This document shows positions 1-12,216 of a DNA stretch of 47,582 nucleotides, piece by piece. The translations under genes were made by a program, and so were the position numbers. The stretch is from assembly GCA_000934665.2 (NCBI GenBank), contig KZ538166.1:62001-109582 (forward strand). Reading direction: 5' to 3'. The notes below the pieces were generated by a model. It was not told where the DNA came from. It searched no databases and saw nothing but the letters and a program-made list of their open reading frames with translations. Each line of letters begins with the position of its first letter. Positions within the stretch are counted from its first letter, which is position 1. Origin of the DNA: Catajapyx aquilonaris (lineage: Eukaryota).

Positions 1-3000
1 AGGCAGATACACTGATTTCCTTTTGATGGCGAATTTCAAGCTGAAAATAGGGGACATTGACATTTCTGGTGCAAAAGCATGAACTAATTAGGATTCTGCC
101 GCATAAGGTTGTCGTTGGAGTGCCGCACAGACCTTTCCCACTGTTTTCGACTTCGCTATAGGCTTCCAGTGCAATCCTGTCCAAAGGCATTTTCCCATTA
201 ATTTTAGAAAGGCTTTGACGTACGTAAAACTGCGTACTGATAAACTGCTGCAGGGCCTTACACAGTATTTCATCATTTTCGTGCTGTGCCATAATTATGT
301 ACGATACTCACTGAGTAACTGCGTAACATAACAGTATTTTATTTATCATAAGCTGCCGTTACTTAGGTGGTTAGATATCTGTAGAAGAACAGTTTGGCCG
401 TCAACAGTAATTTTCATTATGTAACTTCGAGCTGGAGGCTGCACTAATCAAAGCACAAGAATATCAGCAAGTTACCTGTGATGTATAATGTAGACCGGAA
501 GCAGCGGTACGAACTAGGGAACTAGTGTAGTCTGTAATAATTACAAGACTGGAATATGAAAAGTAGGCCTATACTAATAATCAAAATCGATATAGTCTCG
601 TGGAAGACATAACATTGTTACCTAACAAAATTTCACCTTCTACATTGTAAAGTTGATTTATTTCTCTTCGGACATCTCAGCGTATTTATTCTCAAACATT
701 CATAATTGTGCAACAATGCAAAATTAACATGTATTGCTGTAGAATTGAAAATGCCTCAAGATAGACAGGGATATTTGATGGAAATAATAGTGGCTGTGCT
801 ATATGCGTCGATTACGGCTGTATAATAATATTAATAACCAATTCGGGTACAGATTCATAGTATGTAAGTGCAATACCAAAAGTCCCCAGTTCAAGGGAAA
901 AAGACAGAGGCGAAACCCTTGGGAAGCAACAGTCAGTGCCACGTGTATACCTCTCGGGATTGTTGTTTCTCTGAGTTGCTGGGATACACCGTAACTTCAT
1001 CCCTTGAAATTATAATTATGAGGGCTCTGTATATAATACTGTACAGTGTACAGTCACGTGTAAAGAAGATGGAAAAGGCCTAAAGGCTCAATCCAGTTAC
1101 AGTGAACTCGTTGAAGCCCCCCCCCCCCCTAGTCCAGTTTCTTTTAGCCCGCCACTGTGCACCTAGCAAAATTAATAAGACTTGTAAAGTCCAACAGTGC
1201 ATAAACGAGCAAACGAGCTACAAAAAAGTACTCCAAAAAACACCTTAAAGTAAAGCACATCTCTAATAAGTAATCCGCACCTTCTGCTGCTCTAGGGCAT
1301 TTCTAGGCCCTCTTTGTTTAACTGGTCCTATGCTGAACATTCAACCGCCCTGTCACCCACGTTGTTAGTCCAAATCCGCCTATTTCCAGGATAGGAAGAG
1401 TAGGGTGGGGAGAGAATGGAAAGGCAGTGAGAGGGAGAGGTCGGAAGGAAGGTAACTGCAAGTGAGGCATAGCCAGAAGGGTAACCGCAACCTCCGCCCC
1501 TTTCCTGCACTTTACCAGAATATCCTTTTCGCGGGTTCGCCTTTTCATTACAGAGGAGGGGTACAGAAAGCGAGCATTTATCATTGCCTGGTGCAATTCA
1601 TGCAGTATTTAGTCTAGGTTCTGGTCCAGATTTATCCAGCTGGGTATAATCTGGTTGTTGTACTTGACACCTGTTTCTCTATGCAGTTATTTGGCATTTA
1701 AAAAAATGTTGGATGGGTTTCAACAAGTGGAATGGTTGTGGACAAATGTGACTTGGAATTTAGCAGGCTATTTTTGCTCGTAAAATAAGAGCTGACGTGA
1801 AGTTACACTCAATAATTACAAGGAATCAATTATGATTATTAGACCCTATAGAGCTAAACATTAAAAGGTTATTTCAATGGATCACCTGCATAGGAAAGGT
1901 GACAATCAGTTGAGAGCCAATATATTATAACTGCCGAGATTTGTCATACTCGTTCTCTTACATTTTTTGTTGGTGGTTACAGTTTAATACACCTGTCAGG
2001 AGCTGAAATCTTTTTCCTCCTATATACTTCTCACTTAAATCCGAACATGTCAGTGCATCTCACTGCTCAATTTTCGTACAGTACAAAGTACATAGACGTC
2101 TAGAATGTTTCATGAAAGCTGCCGCTTTTATAAGCTATTCAGAGTTGTACTTGGCCCTTTTGCGCACTGTACAAACGACTTCGAATCGTATCCATCTAGA
2201 CGGCACAAAAGCTATAGGGAAATCCCAAGTGCTGCCAAATTGCACTTTTCGTCTTCCGAAATCAATAATCCATATACTTTATTACGGTCCATATACCTCT
2301 TTAGGGACAATTTCCGGGGTATCAAAAGATTTATTTGATTGCAAAAAGACGCTTAGGAGAAGATAGTCACCATAGTGCCCCCCCCCCCCTCTCTCCAGCC
2401 TTTTTAAAAAACTTTCATAGTAGGTCTCACGTGGCCGGTTTGCCGATATGTTGCACTACACCACAGAGAATCTGACGGTATTCGATTAATTATGTGGCGC
2501 CGAAGGGATCCCCAACTTTTGCTGTTCTCTCGGGAGGCCCAGCTCTTCAAAAATGCTTTAGCAGCTATAGCTAATTCTATGAAAAGTCTAACAAGGTACT
2601 GGTTGGAGGGGGTAGGTTCAGGTTAGTGTTCAACTTTAGAGAGAGGTGATGGTTACATTCATGTATTCTACTGATAAAAGCTGGTGAGATATTTCGTGCG
2701 AGCATAACCCCCAATGGCTGTTCTTGGGCATTAACCGTAATGAATACTGATTTTGCCAAATTCGACCGGATTACACGTTTTCTTCCCTCGCACCAAGGAA
2801 AAGCAGACTTAAAAGGAATTAAAACGGTTCTTGCTTTCTTGAGGATGAAAAGGAGGGGGGGGGGGGGTCCCAGGCGGTAAGGAAAGCAAGTCGTGCATAA
2901 ATCCCTTCCCTTGATCAATGGTCATGATCGGAGGGGACGAAATTGGTGTAGCAAAAGGATGTAAATTCCCAGATGAATCGACCACCCTGCATTGGCGACA

Positions 3001-6000
3001 ATTTCATCGATTGTCGAGCAGTGATGGAAACCGTTTTTCCAGCGTTTTGAAGAGTTTAAAGCATAGTGTGGCCCCGCATACCAAACCTTCTTCCCCCCCA
3101 TCCCCCTTTTTTTATTCTCCTGGTCCTCTACCATGTTCTTTTTCTAGTCGCGCCTTGTGCCTGGGCCTATCTTTCTTTTGCAGGCTCGCTGGAGCGAGTA
3201 GCAGGTCTTCACTATCGGCAATGGTTTTTTTTCGGGGAGGAGGAGGGGGCCTGTGTGGAAGGAAAGGACCTTAAAAAAAAGAGAGAGAAAAAAGGCGGCC
3301 ATCTTGGCTCGCTTTTGTGATACGCCTATTGTGGAGAAATGCCGCTTCCCCCACCACCCTACCCCCCTCTCTTTCCTTTTACCAAATGGTTTCACTGTCA
3401 GCTGCGACTCACTGCCTAGGTGGCCCCCTCTGTTTTGGCGATTGCAAGGGAGTGAGTTTTATATAGGACCTTTTTTAAGGGGGACAGAGGGGGTGCGGCA
3501 TTTTTATGGATACCAAAAGCAAAGTTGTGCAAAGTCTAGTGTACACATGACGTGCCTATCCTCTCTGTACTAGTGCTAGGTTAGGGCTGCAGGTAGATAT
3601 AATTTTCTTCCGGCTTGTAAACGTGCAAATACGGCTTTTTGATGCTGTTTCAAGCGAGTAGGTAAAAATAATGTGGATGCAGTTGGTTCAGATCTTCAAA
3701 GGACTGGTTGTGCAGCGCACGCTTATTTTTGCACCGAGCAGTCACATGCAAACCTGTAGAGTTTCTCAGCATCCTTTACGCATACTGAACTACTAGAACA
3801 TGAGGCCATAATTAAATTGTCTCTGTATTTGCAAACCATACATCGGATTTGAAAAATGCAAGCTAGACAAAGGCTGTGTTACTGGAAACGCGACGGATCC
3901 TTTTTTTTGTCACTTCTGATGCTGTAAAAGAGTAGCAGTATTTATCTTTTCAATTTTCTGAAGTTACACTTGCAATAAGAAATGTGCAGATTCCAAGATA
4001 GTCATACTACTCCATATTAAAAGCGCCGCAAATCTTCATGGAAACATTGCCTACTCACAACTGCAATGACTATTAAAAGGTTTTCCCATTCCCTTTTAGT
4101 GGTTATCCGTCACGTAGACCTCGTACCGAAAGCGAAGGGATGTAAGAGACCGCATTTTATCTATATTAGACGCGTGGTCACTACAGAGTCCATTTTAGAC
4201 AATAAAAATATTTTCTCCATTAAGAAAATCCGTTTTTGGCCGCTCCTAGAAAAATCCATTTTCTCCTTACCTGTGAGCCATGCTCCTCCCTTTCCAATGC
4301 GCAAGTTGCGCAGCCTGCTCGTAAATTACTGGGAATCTTGATAGCATTATGAAAACGATAACTTTTAAAGTTTTTCGTCATTAACATTAATTGTCGTAAC
4401 AAGGAGAAAATAAAGGAAGGCATAAATTAGGGCTGGGATTCAGGAAGAGAACAAGCCACCTAACGTGCAGGAATGATTAGGTGCCTCTTTCTGGGAAGAA
4501 ATGGAAGAGTGGGTGGGATAGGGTGGGGAGGTGGGTGGTAGGGAGAAGAAATGGTTCCACGTGCAGAGTCACGTTTGACGACAATTTCAGAAATGGACCC
4601 GAATGTACGAGGCCCAGAAATCTTGCGGAGGATTTAGTGCTCGTTATAGTCATTCCAATGTAGGCTTTTTCTAGCCCTGCGCCAAAAATTTTGTGTGTGT
4701 GTGCAAAGCGAATGGGTTGAGCTTTATGTGCCGTCTATTATGAGGGTTTGTTTGAGTATTGCATTGCAGTTCTTTGGTGCTGGGAATTGCCTTCATTTAG
4801 TAACGCATTACTGGTGCCTCCTTTAATAGTCTGCTCTTTCATTGAGTGACTACTTTTTTCAGGGCAGAGATAGGTTTGAGTTGTTTCTAACGTCAAAATT
4901 TAGGGCTCTTGTGTCTACAGATTATTTTAAAAACAATCTGAACTGATGACGAAACCAAATCAATTACTTCTTCCCATATGACTACATCTCTCTCCTATTT
5001 TATGTCACAAGCCATTACAGAACTGTCGATTTCTCCTTGACGGTAGCTGCCCATTAGCTAGGTAAACAACAGAAGTAGTATGGTATTAAGGTTCCGAGAG
5101 ATTCGTTTTAAATTAGAGTAGAGAGAATATGTACACGTATATGCATCGCCAGTATGAAGTCTGTATTATTAGATCTGAAGGGTGATTAATAATAAGAGAA
5201 ACAGTTCACTGATTAAGACTGCCATGATATACTAAATGTCTATTACGCAACAATAATTTAGTAGAAAATCCAAAATGTTTTTATTTTTAATTCTCATCCA
5301 ATTAACTTAACATTCGCTTGTATGATATTGTCAAGCCCCCATTTCTCTAGCCACGAGCATAGTGGGTCCTCCTGCAACAATACCCTGGAATGATGTGCCC
5401 GGAGCCTGTAGAACCTATTCCAATAATGATGTTCGTCCTAGTAATTGACTCGGTTGTATCGGAGAGGGCTTGAGTGTTGGTTGTAAAGCATCGCAAGATT
5501 GTAGCTGTGGTGAAGTGGAATTCAGGGTAGATCGGCCCATCTGCTTGAAAGCACTCGGGGGCTTTTCGATGGACTTCAGTGAATGCAATTGGAGCGTTTT
5601 CAAAAGCTGATTCCTCGAGCCGTTTCAAGCCTCACTTGCTCGTCAGGAATGAACTTCACCGAGAAAAACGAATCCGTAGGCTAATGGATCAAGATTGGGC
5701 TCTCATTCAATGACTGTAGCTTTGGTTCAGAAATGGGAACTACGTAGTTCTAGATACAACCTCGAGAAATTGGCTATAGGGCTTTACAAATTACTCATAA
5801 ATTATCTTCATCCTTACTACTGGGCGCGTATACTGTGTTCAATCTTTTAAGTCAGCTATAACCCATCGCCTTATTTGAATGCCACCGTCTACCTAAACCC
5901 AAACGCGATAACTGAGAGCGATAAGACGTTGATTTGTCATGGTAGCGGTATGTTGCAGTTTGCATGCACTTCAACATGTCAAATTTGGCCAACATTTTAT

Positions 6001-9000
6001 TCTTTTTCAATCCGGATCTCGTACGCTACCAGTACATAAGATAAACCCTGGCCATGTTGTAGCGACGCCTTTATGAGCAACAGACGGATTGGTCAAGTTT
6101 ACGCCCTTATAAAAACACGCAGGCACGTGGAAGGCAAGAGCTGGAGAAAAAGGTATTTTCTTCCTCGCTCTCAGGTAGACCACCAATCATGTAACGAGCA
6201 ACTGCCGGGTAAGCCGTCAAAGGGCAAAAATGGTGACAGGCCGAACGCCCTTTTTGTCGAGCCCGAGTAATAAGAAAAGAATGGTCAGTTCGCCTTTGGA
6301 GTTTCAGAGAAAGGGGCCGATCAATGTGCTTGTAAAGCACACGAGCAACAAGGTTGAGTCCAAGCCATAGGCTATAGAAGTATTTTTTGACTCTCTCCCC
6401 GTAGTTTCCAAGTGGCTCTTCCAGCGCAGATCGGGAGAGGCCGGTCAATGCAATGCTAACATTGGAGACCCCCAGCTTGTTCTTTGCGATATTACCTTTA
6501 TTTTGCAATGCTACTAGAGTAGAACCGGTTTTCATGTTCTGGACTCAATTTGCAGATTTAAGGAGGCAGGGCTTTTTTATCCCTTTTTTAAAGCGGATGG
6601 TTGATGCCGTTGTTTACCAGACGTGTACGGGCAGGTTCCTAATTTTTGATGACTTGATTGCACAATGGATGCAATTTATGTCTGCAAACGCTGCTGAACT
6701 AAGCTTCTTACAGCCTACCCCCCTGTGCAACTTATAATCAATTTATTACAAAAAAGTGCCAGTAAGAAGTTCGGTACTTGTAATTTGTCCGAGCTTTAAA
6801 AGCAATACATTATCGGCTTTTGGGCTGATGGATTCAATAGCTAATGTACAGTACATCTAAGTAATGCAGGACCGAACTCCGTCCCCCACATATACCCCCT
6901 TCCCGCTAACGTAATTTATGGATGTTCTGGTAGAGGAGTGGTTGTCATCAGATGGCCAATGCAGCAGGAATTTGTATCCGTTGCAATTGAATTGAACGGA
7001 CGTTACTTGGCAATCGTCTAGTTCGTTATCACATGCCAATGTTTGTGCCGAGGTTGTTATCACCAGACAGGAGCTCATTGGATTTGTGGAATGAGCTGGG
7101 AAATGTGCCTGAAGAGGAAAACGCTGGAAATGAGAATTGCTGGGGGTGGCTTTCCCGGCGAGTGTTTCCTCCGTATAATGAAAACGTCACGAGCTTTCCC
7201 TGTCGATGACGAACCAAGTCGGTAGGGGTACGGGGATGGGGGTGCCACATACCATCCTGCAAAAGCCTAATGAAACTCTGCACACAAAAAGTGGGCGTTA
7301 AAAGAAGCCCCCCTTTTTATCGCAAGGTCCATTAACCAATCCGACATATTTGCGACTAACTCTAGCTTTTTTTCAAGGCAGGGGGTCCCCTGTGGTCACG
7401 TGTTGAAAAATGTTTGGGAGGGTAATACCCGCGGCGAAACGGGCGGAAAATCTACTCGGAAAAGTCGACGCTAAGAATGGAGCGAGGTTGGTGGTCGAGG
7501 GTAGGGGAATAGCTGTCAGTCCAGGAGAGGCTGGCTAGAAAAACACTAAAACGGGGATTTCCCGGGGAAATCCCAGGGACGCCCGAAGTTGAAGCTGGCA
7601 AATTATTCGCCATAAAAGGTCAGATAAGATGGGAGCCGAACTGTCAACTCATCAGCTTGGATATTCAAAAATGTGGTGCGCAATATGATCTCGCATATGT
7701 TCAACTCATTCTGGGATGTTCCGCCATTTTCTATTCAAAAACCTGATTCAAATCAGGTCCAGTGGACGGTTCATTTGGAAAACGGAGAGGATTTGCATTC
7801 TTATGTTTCCTTGGTGCGGCACAAAAGGGGACTAATCGGTTTCATTTGTGGCGAAAATGCAATTTCTGTGACTCTTCCCACCTCCCTTCTCCCCCACCCA
7901 TCTCTTCTGCTGGAACAAGTCACGGCGTCTTTGAAAGGGGGCGCCTCACAGTTGTACTTTCCCAAAGAGTCGGAATGCTTCATGATTAGGTTCCTAATGC
8001 AGTTAGCAGATGAATCCGCATAGAAGGGGCCCAAAATGAATTTGCCTTTCAAATGATAAGGGGAAGCTGAGCGAATATTGAATGGCGTCGCCTCGTCGTT
8101 GCTACCCAGCTTTCTTAATCGAATGTGCCCGTGGCATTGGACACGAATTAATGTCTGCCAAGTGACAAATAATCCGTCTTGTTGACGACGAAGGGAATCA
8201 GATTGCGTTGCCTCCGGCGGGCTGGGTAGCGATTCCGCAAAATGTAGGAAATAATCCTGGGGATATATTGGAAAGGAAATGAGCGCCTTCCTTTTTCCCG
8301 AGCTGTGTAACAATCTCATAGCGCTGGGGATGTGTGCAGCTTCATTGCGTGAATATTTCAGGCCTTTCTCTCCCTTTCGCATCAGCTGCAGGTAAAACGT
8401 GCAGGGGTAGGTCATATCCGGGGCTGTATTATATTAGGAGCCAAGCTCCGACTCTCTAGTTTCCATGAGCCTTTTTCGAATCTATCGGCAGCTGGTGCAA
8501 CCTGCTCCGAGAATACGGATCTAGAATCCCGCTTGCTTCTCTTTTCACAATAATGGCTGGGCAGATGAAAACGAGGCCTACGTTTTCAGGGATCGATGGC
8601 CTACTCAAGCCTTTAGGAATGACCATCTGGACCCGATTTGTTCACTTCCTCTTCGCAGCAGCAAGAAGGCATTGGGAAAGAAGGCTGAGATGCCGTGTGC
8701 TGCTGCACCACCCAAAGGCAATAATGCTTTGGCCATTAGGAATGTGGGCTTGGTTTTACGTGGATCAAATGTTAGCTGTTTCTCATTGCCTTTTTGTGGG
8801 CTGTGGGATGAATGGGTGGCTCTCAAAATTATCGGATATCAGTTGGTGATGTGGGGATGCTCCATGTGTCATGCGTCGCACCAGAAGCCTGTGCAGGTGG
8901 AAATGCTATCGATTTCATGATTCCGTCGGCAGATTTATGAATTCCTTACGGTATGCAATCAAAAACCAAATGATCAACGCGAATGTTTAATTTACTCAAA

Positions 9001-9450
9001 ATGTCACATTGTGTCTTAGGAAAGTCTGGAGAAAACATCCATATGGACACTTGGACAATGACACGGTTTGGTCTATGGTAGATACGGTGATACGGAAGAA
9101 TAATTGATATAACCAACATCATCATTTTATTACTCTTAATAACTATTTACATCAGTGCCATTCAGTACACACACTTTGTTCACAGGATACTGTCCACCCA
9201 AACAGTGAGCACATCAACCCCTGTCCCTATTCCCCTACCATCGAAGCAACGCACAAAAAAACTTCAATCATGGAGTAAAACTTTCTTCCCATTGTCCATT
9301 GCCCGAAGCACGTGACTGACTAATATAATGATACAGTCCATTTGTAGCAGTCTTAATTAGAGCCATTGTAACAACCCTGCCTTTTGACTCCATTGATTTA
9401 ATTATACTCATTCTTCTCTTTTTCCCCCCCCCCNCCCCCCTCCCCTCTAG

Positions 9451-9617
9451 TTCGACCACTGAATGTGGAATTGAGCGGCCTGCAGGAGCGTTTGGTCCAG
9501 GGCGACACCGTCAACCTGCTGTGTCGTGTCGAAGGTGCTCGACCAGCTGCCAACATCACCTGGCTGAACGACTCTTCCCCTTGGCCCAATCACGCCAATT
9601 CTCACCTGGCAGTCCAG
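9451..9617 (+). CDS. nrm: Internal coding exon (phase 1 to phase 0), N-terminal half of an Ig domain of a neuromusculin-like Ig-superfamily adhesion protein
   Basis: Pyrimidine tract and TAG acceptor end at 9450; donor CAG|GTAAGC at 9617/9618. Reads (V)RPLNVELSGLQERLVQGDTVNLLCRVEGARPAANITWLNDSSPWPNHANSHLAVQ, with the Ig B-strand Cys and the GARPAANITW motif. The nrm name rests on my recall of insect neuromusculin (VRP...VQG..V.L.C...GARPA..LTWYN), not on a database search. Confidence 0.88.
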
Positions 9618-10895
9618 GTAAGCCACATTTACTTCCCTGCTCACTCCCAGAGGTCGACAAGTATCAGCCCAGAAGTTCGCGTGCGCTTAATGATTAATGA
9701 CACCTCTCCTGTCCGGAAAACATATGCGTCCAGTGCCGGTTAGTAAATTAGCCTGCGGGTATTAGTAGGCCTTCACTGTGCAAAGACGCAGGCAGGCCCG
9801 GAAAAGGAGAATTAATATTCCGAGGGTTGTTAAATTAAGGCTGTAACCGTTGGTGGGGCGGAGGAGGAACATGACTCGTGATCAAACTTAACGCTTGTTT
9901 AATAACCTGAAAGGGGCCTTTGGAGATGCGGTAGAATTGGAGAGGAATCCTGGTGTAGTAGACCAATGTGTACGTTATCTTCGTGACTCTGTACTGGATA
10001 TGGTATCCTCGTGTATTCTAAGTGCGTGCGGATTACAGCACGAGATAGGGCGCAAACCAGTCTCAAGTTTATTGTCCTTCCCAGGAAACATTTATTGGGG
10101 GCACATTCTTATAAATAGTGGACGAAGGCGTACAAGTTTTATTTTAAACTACACACACTTCATGCGTTGCTTGTCGTGCCACGCGATTGATCGAGAGCAG
10201 GGTTCTAGGGAGTGGCTGCACATAAACTGTAGGACTGTCCTGGGTAATATAGGAATGAAGAAAATTTTTGTGCAGGTTTTAACAAATTTAAGAATAGACA
10301 AAGTAAAGCAAAAAGTGCCATCATGATATTATATAATGACGTTGATGGGAAAGGATGGTCCTACATCTTTACATCTTTCAAAGCAAGAATAAAAGGTAGA
10401 GACACAAAATTGTGCACGAGTGACGGCAACAGAAATACCCTTCCATAACTACGGTACTATAATAATTGTGCAGTGTTGCAATGTGTCGTGACTGCTGAAT
10501 GTCTATACATGTTCATTGACATAAAACGTCGGTTAGCGTTGCACGGAGGCCACTTTGTGCTTCCGCCTTTTGGTCTTTGTGCTGTGCCCTGCCACCCATT
10601 TCCATGTATATCCCCTTACACGTCATTGTCACATGACTGCTGGAACCGGCGTGTCTTTTACCGAAGCATGTGTTGCACTCTTTGTTGATGAAAGTGCCTG
10701 AAATCATAAAATGGAGGGTATCTTTTCATCTTTAATATGTGACAGAGCCATTCTCCTTTGTCCAATATGATGAGCAAAGAACACTAGCAAAGGAAATCTC
10801 TGGCACATTTATCTAGGTTACCTGCTGGTGCAAAAGGTGCTAGATAAGAAAGAGATAAAGTGGAGATAAAATCTAAAAAATTTGTAAATTTGCAA

Positions 10896-10952
10896 CGTTC
10901 CTGTCACCTTTGTTGCGGACATTTAATGTCCGCAACAACGGTGACAGGAACG
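10896..10952. repeat. 57-bp near-perfect palindrome (28-bp arms, one mismatch, 1-nt spacer)
   Basis: CGTTCCTGTCACCTTTGTTGCGGACATT-T-AATGTCCGCAACAACGGTGACAGGAACG. Confidence 0.95.
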
Positions 10953-12136
10953 CAAAATGGCGCACTTTTTCGAGATGCATATGTGTGTGCTTTTGTTCAT
11001 ACCGATTATAACCATAACTTTTAAACTTTTCAAGTTCCTAAAGAGGTTTTGTTATTATTTATGCTGTGTTACACATATCGGTAACAATGTAGTACATGCC
11101 TAGATTTCAGTTGATTGTATCAAGTATGTAGCTCAACTTTAACGGTATTACGCATTCACTTTCAGCGGGTCGTAAGCTAACATGTTATCACATAGTGTGT
11201 CACGGGGCATTGATTTTTGTGGTCTGAATTGCGTTCGTCTGGAAACCCTGGTGCTCGACAAGCTCCAAAATTTGTCATACTGCCTAGGACAAGAATTGAA
11301 ACAGGACCATTGTCCTCCCCCAACGATCATGCGGTGCACTGGCAAGCCTGGAAAAAAAAAGAGAATAGCCTTCCCAATACAGTGCCAGAGAGAAGCATTG
11401 ATAGCTTCCTATCTGTACAATACTAGCCTCATACAATAGATATCCGCAGAATGTAAGTGAACAGCTGCGAACTGATCCAGCGTATTTGTCCAAATGATTG
11501 CGCCAGGCGGCCGGCCTAAAACGTGGCAGAGACAAGCCCTACCTCCCCCGCCTCCCCCACATTTCAGACCATTGGATCGTTCCACACCGGGGAATCCCCC
11601 CGTGGCGGCCAATTCCCATTGCCGAATCCGTTGTGCCGACAATATGCTGCCTTTCCGTCTCAGTGGCCTTAACTAGTGAGTAGGAAAATACTAGAAGGGG
11701 ATTCGATGCTGGGGCACGGTTGACTGCCGGAACCTCTCGCATTTGGGACTTTAGCGGATTGGGTGACGGCCAACGCGACTGGGACCTCTTTTTTTGACTA
11801 TCCAACGATTAACCTGTTGTGTCAAGTCGTGCATACCTGGTTGAGAGCCAAAGAGAATACGGAAAAAGGGAGTGCTCTTCCATCCCTCACGGTACACATC
11901 GCAGAAGCACAATGGGGTTGGGCAGCGACAAATAGTTACTTGTATTTGTGCAGAGAGAGGCATAACTTGAAATATTGTTTGTAGTAGCTAAGTACAGTGA
12001 TGATAATCCTATAGTTGTCTAAAGTGTTCTTTCAGTGTTGGGATTTTAAATGACGAAATAATGCGATTAAAATAGGGAAGCAAAATAATATTGCCATTAA
12101 CCTGACTTATACGATATAGCCTCTCTAAAAGATAAT

Positions 12137-12178
12137 TTACTATAGTTACAGTATAGTTACTAGTATAGTTACTATAGT
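12137..12178 (+). repeat. Short imperfect tandem repeat of TATAGTTAC
   Basis: TTACTATAGTTACAGTATAGTTACTAGTATAGTTACTATAGT. Confidence 0.8.
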
Positions 12179-12182
12179 GCAG

Positions 12183-12216
12183 GAATTGTGATAAATATAT
12201 ATTTTTATCACAATTC
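12183..12216. repeat. Inverted repeat, 13-bp perfect arms with 8-nt AT spacer
   Basis: GAATTGTGATAAA-TATATATT-TTTATCACAATTC. Confidence 0.85.

Noticed and set aside
1051..1157. Degenerate inverted ends (CAGTCACG...CCGCCACTG), plus hAT-like termini near 2504 and 19116
   Set aside because: No target-site duplication or convincing partner TIR.
4943..4955. CTGATGACGAAAC hammerhead core look-alike
   Set aside because: No room for stem II and no stems I or III.
6175..6208. 34-nt segment between a good acceptor and GTAAGC
   Set aside because: The peptide VDHQSCNEQLP does not resemble the expected preceding Ig G strand, and GTAGAC is too weak for a recursive splice site.
9618..9743. ORF read-through beyond the exon (VSHIYF...SSAG*)
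   Set aside because: A strong donor sits at 9618 and Ig similarity resumes at 31149, so the read-through is intron.
11695..11785. Possible reverse-strand tRNA-SINE remnant (GGGGATTCGAT...CGGAACCTCTCGCAT)
   Set aside because: The B box is degenerate, with no A box or cloverleaf; too decayed to call.
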